DNA of 64,000 nucleotides, from contig NC_082727.1 in the NCBI RefSeq assembly GCF_030144855.1, forward strand, positions 42,036,001 through 42,100,000. Reading direction: 5' to 3'. Numbering within the stretch: the stretch's first letter is position 1; each line of letters opens with the position of its first letter. Below, piece by piece: positions 24,901-36,625 of this stretch. The notes under the pieces were generated by a model. The model did no database searches and was not told the DNA's origin. It saw only the letters and a program-made list of their open reading frames with translations. This DNA is from Hypanus sabinus (Eukaryota). The position numbers and the translations under genes were made by a program.

Positions 24901-25799
24901 GTAAACAGCACATGAGTATTTTTGGGATAGCGATTTGAACATTGAGTTGCCATTCCAAATTGTCCTTGCGAATATGGTACTGAGCTACCCCCTTCAGCTG
25001 CTGCAGTCCTTCTGGTGAAGGTTCTCCCACAGTCCTTGTGGTAGAGAGATTGAGCAGTTTGATCCAGTAACAATGAAGGACTAGCAGCGTATTTCTAAAT
25101 TAGGATGCTATGAGACTTCGAAAGAAACCACAAGCGGTAACACTTGCATGTAGCTCTGCACTTCTTGTTCTTGGTACGAGAATTATTAGGTTTGTCAAAG
25201 TACCACAGGCGAGTAACTGCAGAATGTATATTTTTCAGGTGGTACACACAATAATTACTATACATTGGTTTTGGAAGGTTGTTTAGAGATATTGATGCTG
25301 TAACAATCATCAACTTTAATTGGGCTGGCTTTGGGCTTCTTGGAAATTTCCTTTGCTGCACTCTCCCAGACAAGTGGGAAGTATTATTTTTCTCTTTCAC
25401 TTTGTGGATGGTAGAAAGGCCTGGTGATCTGTTATTGGAGCCATGACATTATGTTGAGAAACTCTGCTGAGTTCTTGGTCAATAGGATATTATGGTGTGG
25501 GGACCATAATAGTAATAACATTGGATATTAAGAGTTTTGATAGACATGGTTACTGCTTGACATTTTTGTTTCAGATGTTACTTGCCACTTATCAGCTCAT
25601 TCCTGGATATTGTCTACATCTTCCATGAGCTACTTCCTTTACTGAGGAGCCATGAATAGAATTGAACATTACACAACCATTAGTAAAATGTCCACTTCTG
25701 GCCTTACGATGAACTCTCTGATGATTGTGGATCCAGGGTCCTGCGCTATGGCTAGGTTAATTAATATAAAACAACCACAACATCTTTCTTTATGTGATA

Positions 25800-26060
25800 A
25801 ATTACTACAAGTACGGGGAGGGTGGGGGGGGGTTTCTGCCTTGGACAGTCCCACACCTGGCTGTGAAAGAAAGAGGGTTGGGGATGGGGCTAGCAGTCCT
25901 ATCTGTGGGAACCCAGAGCTACAGAATTCCAGCAGAAGCCTCAAAGACCTCATCCCTGGAGGATGGACCTTCAAAGATGGGCTACTTGAAAGACTGGTCC
26001 AGGACAGAGGACTATGGCGAGCTGCTGTCAGCAGCATATGGCCTATTAAGGTGATGGGCT
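25800..26060 (+). repeat. Internally deleted RTE-like fragment
   Basis: ggggatggggctagcagtcctatc joined to a C-terminus-like LVQDRGLWRAAVS. Confidence 0.4.
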
Positions 26061-26579
26061 TAGGAAGACCATGGGAGCTTTGCCTTTGAACCCCATTGCC
26101 TTTATTTTTACCAGAATCCTTGAAGCCACTCATTATCAACTGCTGCCTTAATATCAAGAGAAACACTCTCACTTCACTTTCAGAATCAAGCTATTTGGTT
26201 CTTGTTTGAGCCAACAATGAGATGAAGGGTCCTGGTTGTTGGTAAGTGGGTTATCAGGGAACTGGTAATCACTTGATTATCATGTCACATCATTTTGCTG
26301 ATGATTGTGGCTTGACTATTTGGTTGGAGATCAGCTACATTGGATTTGTTCTGCTTTTTGTGAATGAGATACATCTGGGCAATTTTCCATGTTGTCTGTG
26401 CTTTAGCTAAACTAGATCGTCTTGGCTAGAAGTTCATCTAGCTCTGGAGCACAGGTCCTCCATATCAGAGCTAGGATACTTCCTGGTCCCGTGGCCTTCA
26501 TCATATCCAGTTCTCTCTTGATATCACATGGAACAAACTGAATTAGCTGGAACTGAACTAGCCTCTGTAATGGTGCAGG

Positions 26580-26922
26580 AGGAATAGATACAAATTATGT
26601 GGATAGTCAGAGGCTTTATCCCAGGGCTGAAATGGCTAACATGAGAGGGCACAGTTTTAAGGTGCTTGGAAGTAGGTGCAGAAGAGATGTCAGGGGTAAG
26701 TTTTTATGCAGTGTGATGAGTGTGTGGAATGAGCTGTCAGTGACGGTGATGGAGGCAGATACAATAGGGTCTTTCAAGAGACTCCTGGATAGGTACATGG
26801 AACTTAGAAAAATAGAGGGCTATGGGTAACCCGAGGTAATTTCTAAAGTAAGTACATGTTTGGCACAGCATTGTGGGCTGAAGGGCCTGTATTGCACTGT
26901 AGGTTTTCTATGTTTCTATGTT
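26580..26922 (+). mobile_element. CR1/HER1-like LINE 3' end
   Basis: ORF 26599-26829 (MRGHSFKVLG...FKRLLDRYM); tail gggcctgtattgcactgtaggttttctatgtttctatg. Confidence 0.85.
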
Positions 26923-27825
26923 TAAATCATTTAGAATTTTAGACTCAAAGAGCAATACAGTGCAGAAACAGGCTCTTCAGCCTAATTCATGCATTCAACC
27001 ATGATGCCTATGAGAACTAGTCCCACTTGCCTGTGTTTGGGCTAAACCCTTCTCCAACTTTCCTATCGAAGTCCTTGTTTAAATGTCTTTAAACATTGTA
27101 ATTGTACCTGCTTCACGTGGCTATATGAAACAGGCCACCAGAGAGAGTGGTAGGCATGGCTACAATTACCTCACTTAATAGATACTTGGACAGGTACTGT
27201 ACATGGTAAGGAAAAGTTCAGAGGGATATGGCCCAAATGAAGCAAATAAGAACTTAGTCAGGCAACTTGATTTGTATGGGCAAGTGAAACTAAATGGTCT
27301 GTTTTGGTGCTGTACAACTCAATGATTCTGTGACTCTAAGCCTCTTGACCTTTTGGTCTCACCCAAAAGGTGAAGTAGCATCTGCCTTGTCCACTATGAG
27401 GACAGATAACTGGGGTAAAAATCAGAAGGAAGGGAACCAGATGCTCAGAATAACCACGTGAAAACATTTTTACAATGCCACATGGACCCCAATGAAACAA
27501 TAAAAATAAGGGAAGAAGTGACTTACTCCTTTAGGTAGGTAGCATTTTATCAGCTTTCTTTTCAGCTGATCTTAATGAGCTGCAGAGATTTTTTTTCTCC
27601 AATTTGATTTTCACTTGAGAACCATTCTGTAATGATCAATAGCTCAGTTGTTTAGAATCAATGCCCTTGCCTGGTGTCTCAGGGCTGGGTACATCTGCAC
27701 CTGCACCTCTCCTCGCCCCAGCACTCCTTTTCTTCCAACTGTCCCACACTCCACCCTCGCCATTCCCAACATCCTTTTCTCCCGCCAGATTTACAAACTG
27801 GCTCTCCACTCCACACTGACAAATA

Positions 27826-27892
27826 CAGTACCGTGCAGAAGTCTTAGGTACCCTAGCTATATATATGTGCCTAAGACTTTTGCACAATTCTG
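27826..27892. mobile_element. 67-bp palindromic Tc1-type mini-MITE
   Basis: TA on both sides; 26-bp arms, 21/26 complementary; degenerate copies at ~23007-23056 and ~28554-28610. Confidence 0.75.
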
Positions 27893-27936
27893 TATATAAT
27901 TGTTGTCACTGATACAGATATCAAATTGAGTCAATA

Positions 27937-28298
27937 TACGAGGGGTGATTGATAAGTTCGTGGCCTAAGGTAGAAGGGGTCAATTTTAGAAAACGTAGCT
28001 CATTTATTTTTCAACATAGTCCTCTCCTACATTTATGCACTTAGTCCAGCAGTCATGGAGCATACAGATCTTGGACCTCCAGAAAGTGTCCACAGCAGGG
28101 GTGATTGATAAGTTTGTGGCCTAAGGAGATGAGTTATACAGCTCTCGTTACATGCACATGCAGTTCAACTCTGAGTGATTGTGCAGAAAGTTTGAAGTTA
28201 GTAACTCATCAGGGGTCATTGATAAGTTTGTGGCTTAAGGTAGAAGGAGATGAGTTATTAACTTCAAACTTTCTGTATACAGTAATCACTCAGAGTTA
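27937..28298. mobile_element. Rearranged mariner-like non-autonomous element
   Basis: TAcgaggggtgattgataagtt terminus; three copies of a ~30-bp unit (27941, 28097, 28211); inverted repeat 28167-28210 / 28249-28297. Confidence 0.55.
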
Positions 28299-28904
28299 GG
28301 AGTCAAGTGAATTTTTTCCTCTCAGGGTGTTGGGAGTCTTTGGAATTGTCGTCCACAGTGATTGGGTGAACAGAGTCTCCAAATAATTTTAAAGCAAAGC
28401 TATACAGGTACTTGATAAGCAATAAACCATTTGTTTGGAGTCAAATGACCTTACTGCCTGTCCCATACCCCTCCCACAGTGCTCCAACCTTGCCATTCCC
28501 GACATCCTTTGCTCCTGCCAGATTTACAAACTCGCCCTCCGCTCCACGTTGACAAATACCGTGCTGTGTCTTAGTCACCCTGGCTATATATATGTGCACA
28601 GTACCGTCAGATTATACAGCTGATTAATCTACTGTAACTACTTAGCAGATACATTGCTGGCAGATTTTGTAATCCTCTCTTTATTTCCCTTCTGTTGATA
28701 TCAGTGGATTTCTATTTTTTCATTTGCAAGGCACAGTTTGATTTTTTATGGGTTCATTAGCCACCTGAATATAGCTGGGAGCAGATGAGAGTCTGGAAGG
28801 AACAGGACAGTTGGGCTAACATCATGCACTTTCAACAGATCACTCTGATCTATTGAATGGTGGACTGATGAGATTAAATTCAGAGCCTTAGGTCATGAGA
28901 AAAA

Positions 28905-29275
28905 AGACCTGGTAGTAGTAGGCAGCCATTGATCTCAGGGGATCATGGGTTTGTGCCTCTGGGGGCCGTACGCCTGGGCAGGAAGGTCTGAAGACCCAGC
29001 TGTTGCCCAGACAGCGGGTTCCCCCTCTCCATGTCACTGATGTAGTCCAAGGGAAGGGCAAGCGCCGATACAGCTTGACACCGGTGTCGTTGCAGAGGTT
29101 GCCAGAGTGAAGTTGTAAACCCCAGCTCTGGATTTCTTCCTCGGGGTTTACTCCCAAAACCTTTCCCAAGGGTGGGTATGGCTGCAAGGCAGCGGAGTTT
29201 GAGAATCAGAGTTGTCCTCCTCCTAGGCGGGCTGCCGTCCAAGACTGATGAGCCCCACCCGCCTGTAATTCATTA
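28905..29275 (-). repeat. RTE-like 5' UTR-derived repeat
   Basis: Homologous to 35270-35660 (ctaggag..ggaaaactctgatt...gggaaaggc(t)ttgggag..aaaccccgagg). Confidence 0.5.
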
Positions 29276-30492
29276 TTATCATCATAAAAAGCCCCAAACA
29301 TTCATTATCTATATGTTTTTAACCATTTTTGTTTTATACACTTCACTTTCCATTGCCCCCTCACTGTTGTCTCACTCAGCCTGTCAAGGTGCTTTAAGAG
29401 CCCAAGAACACAAAAATCAGGAGTAAAAAAGGCCACATGACCATTCAAGTCTGCACCATCATACTTTCAATTATGGCTGAACTGATCTTTGGCTTCAACT
29501 CACTTTGTGGCTTTGTTCCCATAAACCTTGATCCTTCAGTACAGAAAAATCCACCTCAGCCTTAGATATACTTAATGACAGTTATTCACAACTGAAATAT
29601 TAACTGGAGAAATGGTTGATGATCACCGTTCATTGAGTTTGCACTGCACAAGGAATACATCTGACACATCATTTTTTGCCTGGGTTAGGGCTTCAATAAG
29701 ATCTATCAAGAATTATAATATTTCATTTATATGGCATTATGATGTGAAAAAAAATCCTAAAGTGCTTTCCAGAACTCCGAGAGAAAGGAAACTCAAATTT
29801 AATCTATTTCAATCCCTTCTCCAAGTTTAGTCTCCATACGCAAACCATTAATGATTTCCATATTAATCCTGGAGCATTACTGAAAAATGATTTCCATTTA
29901 ATTGTAGAGAATTGACTGTTCATCATAGTATCGTCCTCTCAAAATCTCACATACTCCATAATATAATCAACATTTTAATAGGTCATGAAAAATTAAGGGA
30001 AACTAATAGCATTTATTTAAGATGTATAAGCATTTGTTCAGAAGTCTGACTACTGTGTACTTTGTACTACTGCAGAGCCGTAAAAACAATGCCTTTTACA
30101 AGCTGTGTAGACACTGACAGTCCTCTGGAGGCCTGGAAACCAATGATAAAGTGAAGGCAGCACAGGTTGACTTTTTGCATTGTAACCTTGTCATAGGAAA
30201 TAACATCTTGAAAAGGTTTAGCATTAGCAATTAGGGTGGCCTGATATGGCAGCTCTGGCCTCCTATGTGGAAGATGAGATTTGTCACATGGAGTGTCCTT
30301 ACAAAGCCATTTCTTTTTTTTAAACTATTTTGCAAATAACATGAGCTGTCAGAAGCATGAAAGAGAAAAATTGAATTTCACTAGCTTGGCAGTAGCTATA
30401 AAAATGTTGAACTGAAGGTCATAGGCAGATATCATTTTCTTTATATTTATGATATGCTGTTTTATAAATTTGGCAATTTTATCTTTGAATAA

Positions 30493-30951
<459 letters not shown>

Positions 30952-31248
30952 TAAGTCCATTAATGGCTCAGACAACATATCTCGTCTCAAGGTTTACTTC
31001 TTTCCAGCTAACTTCCACCCCGAACTCTAGGCAACGAAGCAGATTTTCTGATTCTTTGCAGGATGGAACAGAGACCAGTTAGTTTAAACTTGTGGTGAAT
31101 AAACTTCCAGAAAGAAAAATCAGAGTCAGGATTAGCAACTTGGTTTAGGGTACACTGAATGGTGAAAGGCAAGGTGAATATCTTTTTAAAGGCAGTCCAT
31201 GTCCAGCTAAGGTGTTAACAATTTTGATGATGTAATAGAGAGGTTAGC

Positions 31249-31430
31249 TGGCCAATGGCATAGTGGCATCTGCACTGGACTTCAAGGTGAGTGGTCCTAG
31301 GCTGAGATCTGGTCAGCTCCTTGCAAGCTTTCCATCTGAGCTGGGCTGAGCTAGCAATTCAGCCTCATAAAAACACACAAATGCTAAAGAAACAGCAAGC
31401 TTGCCACCCACAATGCTCCACAAGGTGCAG
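31249..31430 (+). mobile_element. tRNA-derived SINE, older copy
   Basis: Collinear with 2848-3030. Confidence 0.65.
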
Positions 31431-32079
31431 AGAGAACTAACATCAACAACAACAGAGTGATAATGGCAAACTTAAAGTTGATGTGGTATGTTTGGAGTGC
31501 CAAAAGGTATTTGATAACTAGCCACATTGTGGGATTGTCATTAAATTTAGACTGAGTTTGAATCAGTATGCATAGAAAAAAGTAATAATAATAAGGGGAA
31601 ACAAAACTAAGTCTTAAGGTCAGAAAGCCTCTGTGTGTGTGTCTGTTTCCTTGTCTGATCACCAGTTTCCATAAGCACTTAAGGTTAGAGTGTAGAGTAC
31701 AGTGTTGTATTCCTGAAGTCAGTACGGTATTTGTAACATTCAATGCTTTCGATGGATGTACAGAGACAACTTGCAGATGAATCAAAACTTGGAGGTTAAT
31801 GAGGGTAATGACACATTTCAATGAGGAGATAGATATAAACAGCTGATGTAATGCACAGATAACTGATTGCTGACATTTAACGTTAAGCAAAATGAAATGT
31901 TTGTGGTCGGATGGGAAGGATCAGAATCAGGTTTATTATCACCGAAATGTGACGTGAAATTGTTTAACTTAGCAGCAGTAGTTATACACTGGAGGACAAA
32001 ATGGTGAAGTATGTAGAAGAACAGAGAGTTCTGGGGGTATGTGTGCACAGTTTGTTGAAAGTGAAAGGGCGGGTTTCTG

Positions 32080-32650
32080 GGCTTTATGTGACTCATAAGG
32101 TAGAAGATCAAAAAGGTCACAACAAGACTTTATAAAACTCTGGCTTGGCCTTACTGGAGCTTTGTGTCCACTTATGGGCATTATGCTTTCTGAATGGTGA
32201 GAAGGCTTCCGAAAGGGTGCAGAAGAGATTTACCAAATGACTCCTGTAATAAGGGTCTTCAGTTATATAGATAGACCGTAGAAATGGAACAGAGAATATT
32301 GTGAGCATTTCAGATTTATAATCATGGAATTTACAAAGAGAGTGGATAAGGAGGAACTGTTCCTACTGATTAAATACAATGAAGCATAAGAGTAAAAGAG
32401 TTTGGCAAAAAAAACTAAAAATGCCGTGAAGAAAAATTTATGTGCAGAGTGGGTGAAGCATTTGGAGTAAATTTATAATGGTAGCATTGGAGGTAGTTTC
32501 AATTATAACATTAAAAAGGAACATGCTTAAGTACCTGAAAGAAGTTGCAGGGATATGGAAAGATGGTGGGAAGTGGAATCAGTTGCTCAACTCCTAGATA
32601 CTGAAAGTACAGAACCAAGGGGCTGAATGGCCTTCTGCGGTATAACTATT
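32080..32650 (+). mobile_element. Degenerate CR1 3' part
   Basis: ctttataaaactctggcttggccttactggag (LYKTL..P.LE-like) and tail ggggctgaatggccttctgcgg. Confidence 0.55.
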
Positions 32651-33732
32651 CTGTGATTCTGTAAAAGGCAATATATAGGCAAATCAATTCAACATAAACC
32701 TTATTTTGGCCAGCTAAATATGGATTGAAACAGCAGTGAAAATCTATTTAGGACAGACAGTCACATTGAATAATTTGATACAAATAATTGAAATGCAGCC
32801 AGCCACGTCTAATCTACACCTACATAGTACTTTGGCCAAAGAATTAAATAAATCTTGAGCAGACATCCCAAAGACATAGCTGGCTGTCACAATTTTTAAT
32901 AATTATTACATTAACTATTTTAAATTATACAGAAAGAAGACAGGAATCTAATTTTATAACTTTTTGGTTAACTTTCCAAAGAATATGTCAATATAATCTG
33001 CATTACAGTGGATGCAGACGATGTTGCAATTCTACATTATCCATTGCTCTTTGGAATCTCTGGCATCGGACATCCTGATACAGGGTCTTAATCTAAAACT
33101 TTGACTATCTCTCTGTCTCTCCAGACGCTGCTCAAAGTGCTGAGTTCCTCCAGCAATTTGATTTATTTTTTGATCCAAATTCCAGCATCTGCAGTATTTC
33201 GTGACTTCATTGGGGATCTATTGATTATTGCCACCTTCTCATTGTGTGCTTTTGCCAGTTTAAATCAATAATTGGATATTCCAAATATTGCTTGTCCTTT
33301 TAGATATTCAAGAGTTATTCAATTATTATACAGAGGAATAGTAATAACTTTACTATTGCTGCAGTTTCTAGGAGATAAAGGGCACATGCTCACAGAGACA
33401 GTGGGATAGAATGAGAAAGGCTTTAGGTAATTGATATCCAGTCAGCCTCATTTCAATGCTGCCTGTTTATTCCAACCCCAAAGGAGGTGGAAAGCAATAA
33501 ACAGCAGAATGCTGCTTGTCCACATTAGAACATGATGAGGAGGGTCCCTTCTGCTTCTTCTGTGGGAAAGTTGAGATTTGGGGACCAGAGAATCCATAAT
33601 ATTGGAACTCGGCCTCTTTGCATAAGAAAGGGGAGTCTTAGATAATCTGCAAAGCTGCATAAATTCAATTGAAATCTGGTTTCTGTCTAGTAGGAAAGCC
33701 AAAGTAGCTTGAGGTCAAGATAAAATTACACT

Positions 33733-34560
33733 CAGTGTCTATAAAAAGTATTCACCCCCTCCCCCGGAAGATTTCATATTTTATTATTTTACAACATCGA
33801 ATCACAGTGGATTTAATTTGGCTTTTTTGGCATGGATCAACAGCAAAAGACTCTTTCGTGTCAACGTGAAAACAGATCTCTACAAAGTGATCTAAATTAA
33901 TTACAAATATAAAACACAGAAAAACTGATTGCATAAGTATTCAACACCCCCCCCCCCCTTTTAATATGACAGACCAAATCATCATTGGTGCAGTCAATTG
34001 GTTTTAGGGGTCTCATAATTAGTTGAGTGGAGATCACCATGTGCAGCCAAGGTATTTCAACTGATTGTAGTATGAATACACCTGAATCTGGAAGGTTCAA
34101 CTGCTGGTGAGACAGTATCCTGGCAAAAACTACACCATGAAGTCAAAAGAACACTCCAAGCAACTCTGCAAAAAAGGTTATTGAAAAGCACAAGTAAGGA
34201 GATGGATACAAGAAAATTTCCAAGTCACTGAATATCCCTTGGAGTTCAGTTAAGTCAATCATCAAGAAATGGAAAGAATGTAGCACAGATGTAAATCTGC
34301 CTAGAGCAGACCATCCTAAACAACTGAGTGACTGTGTAAGAAGGGGCCTAGAGAGGGAGGCCACCAAGAGACTTCTGACAATTCTGAGGGTGTTACAAGC
34401 TTCAGTGGCTGAGATGGGAGATACTGCACATACAACAACTGTTGCCCGGGTGTTTCACCAGTCGCAGCTTTATGGGAGGGTGGCAAAGAGAAAGCCACTG
34501 TTGAAAAAACTCTCATAAAATATCTGGTAGAGTTTGCCAGAAGGCACTTGGGAGACTCTG
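33733..34560 (+). mobile_element. Truncated Tc1 transposon (left IR/DR end and transposase N-terminus)
   Basis: cagtgtctataaaaagtattcacccc terminus with internal repeat aagtattcaacaccc. ATG at 34137 gives a frameshifted MKSKEHSKQL...GYKKISKSLNIPWSSVKSIIKKWKE...GRVAKRKPLLKK. Confidence 0.85.
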
Positions 34561-35269
34561 AATTTTCTTATAGTCTTGGTGAGCGCTATGTTTAGTATTT
34601 GAAGAATTCAAATGGGAGGAATCCTGAAGGGAAACAACAGCTTACGAAATAATAATGAGTAAAATCATATTACATCTTAGCTACTTTACCTGTTTTGCTT
34701 GCCAATTCTTTATCTCTGTATATTTTCCTAGGCATTATCATTGCAATTTTTCTTTGTGTTCATTAATTGCCTGCTTTTTTTAATTCACTCTGAGGATGAC
34801 AGTGCCCAACCTCAATGGTCTTTTGAAACTTGGTGATAAGCTGCCTTCTTGAATCTTATGTGGGGAGTTCCTGCAGTGTGATTCAGTGAGGATTAAGCTT
34901 CAGTGATACATTTCGAGCCTAAAATAGTATATTCCTTTGAGAGGAAAATGCAGTCAATGGGATCCAAGCTATCTGGTGCCTTAGCCCTTCTGTGTGGTGT
35001 TTTCCGCTGCTGCATATCTATAATTCCTTTTGTGATTCTCTCTTTCTTTGTTTTTGCAATCATGGGCTTGATTCTCTTTTTTAGATTTGTTTGTTTTTCC
35101 AAACTGTGTGCGTGGCCTCTGTTGGTCACAGTCGACCATGGGTACTGCGCCTCTGGTAGTCACTGGGAGTGGCTTCTCCAGGGCAGAGTTGGTATGGAGA
35201 TCCGTCTGTTGGACCCTCCTCTCCAGGCTGATGATGGGTCCAAAGGAACGATGAAAGTTGATACGGTTT

Positions 35270-35660
35270 TGTGCCAGCAGCATCACAGGAGTTGCCGTGC
35301 TGGTGTTGGGTTCAGCAGTCAGCCACCTTCGGGACTCCGACTCCGGACTTTTCCTCGGGGTTCACTCCCAAAGCCTTTCCCGTGAGCGGGTATAGCCGCA
35401 ATGCAGCAGAGGTTTGAAATCAGAGTTTTCCCTCTCCTAGATGAGCTACCATCCATGGTTACGAGCCCCATCTGCCCGGAGAAACTGGTTTTAAGGTGCC
35501 AGTGGCTTAAGTGAGAACAGCTCCACTGGGCATAAGAACCATGCCTCACATGAAGGCTAGGGATTGGATTTGGTTGTCAGAGGCTGTTTGAGACGCACGC
35601 CAGGAAGAGCTTTTGTTTAGCAGTGGGAGCTTGTCCCCGCTACCACCCTTCGGCTATGAC
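35270..35660 (-). repeat. RTE-like 5' UTR-derived repeat, second copy
   Basis: Homologous to 28905-29275. Confidence 0.5.
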
Positions 35661-35689
35661 TTCCTTTGGAACCTTCTCCAAACTAAGCT

Positions 35690-36625
35690 TCAACATAAAG
35701 GCACCTCAATGATACCTGCTCTACTCTTTCCACACTCATGACACTGTGTGGCTAAGTACAGCTCAAATGCCGTATGTAAATTCTTTGGCCTTCTGTACAC
35801 CTCCTACAAGTCTCCTCATTGTCTTCTGAGATTTTATCAGCGGCAATGAGAAGATGTACAGCAGTGAGATTTATGAGCTGGTTGAGGCCAGTCATAACAA
35901 CTACATCACTCTCAGCATTAGCAAATCCAAAGAATTGATTGTAGACTTCGGGAAGGGGAGGGCAGGAGAACAAGCACCAGTTCTCATTTATAGGTCAGCA
36001 GTGGAAAAGGGTCAGCAGCTTTCTTGGGTGTCAACATCTCCAAAGGTCTGTCCTGGACCCAATACCTTGATGCAATTATGAAGAAGGCACTCCAGTGGCT
36101 CCACTTTGTTTGGTGGTTTGGAAGACTTGATACATCAACTCTTACAAATTTCTACAAAAGTACAGTGCAGAGTTCTCTGATTTTTATATATCACATGTGT
36201 ATGGGGACTCTAGTTGACAGGATTACAAGAGGCTGCAGAGGGTTCTACATTGAGCTAGCTCCATCAGGGACTTAACCCTCCAACCACTGAGGACATTTTC
36301 AAGAGGTGTTACCTCAGGAAAGCAGTATCTGACGTTAAGAAACCTTACCATCTGGGACATGCCCCCTTCTTGTTAATACTGATAAAGAGGAGGTACAGAA
36401 GTCTGAAGACTCACACTCAACAATTCAGGAACAGCTTCTTCCCCTACATCATCATTATTCTGAATGGTCTATGAACCTATGAACATTAATTCATTATTCA
36501 TTTTTGGCCCTATTTATTTGTTTTGTAATTTATAGTAAACTTGATGTCTTTGCATTGCACTGCTGCAGCAAAACAACAAATGTTATGTCTTGTAAGACAG
36601 TGACAATAAACCTAATTTTGATTCC
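35690..36625 (+). mobile_element. Rex1/Babar-like LINE 3' part
   Basis: THDCVAKYSSNA and SISKSKELIVDF remnants; gacaataaacctaattttgattc tail. Confidence 0.7.

Noticed and set aside
25652-26172. Overlapping 145-aa and 167-aa ORFs
   Set aside because: They run through repeat remnants and lack coherent protein features.
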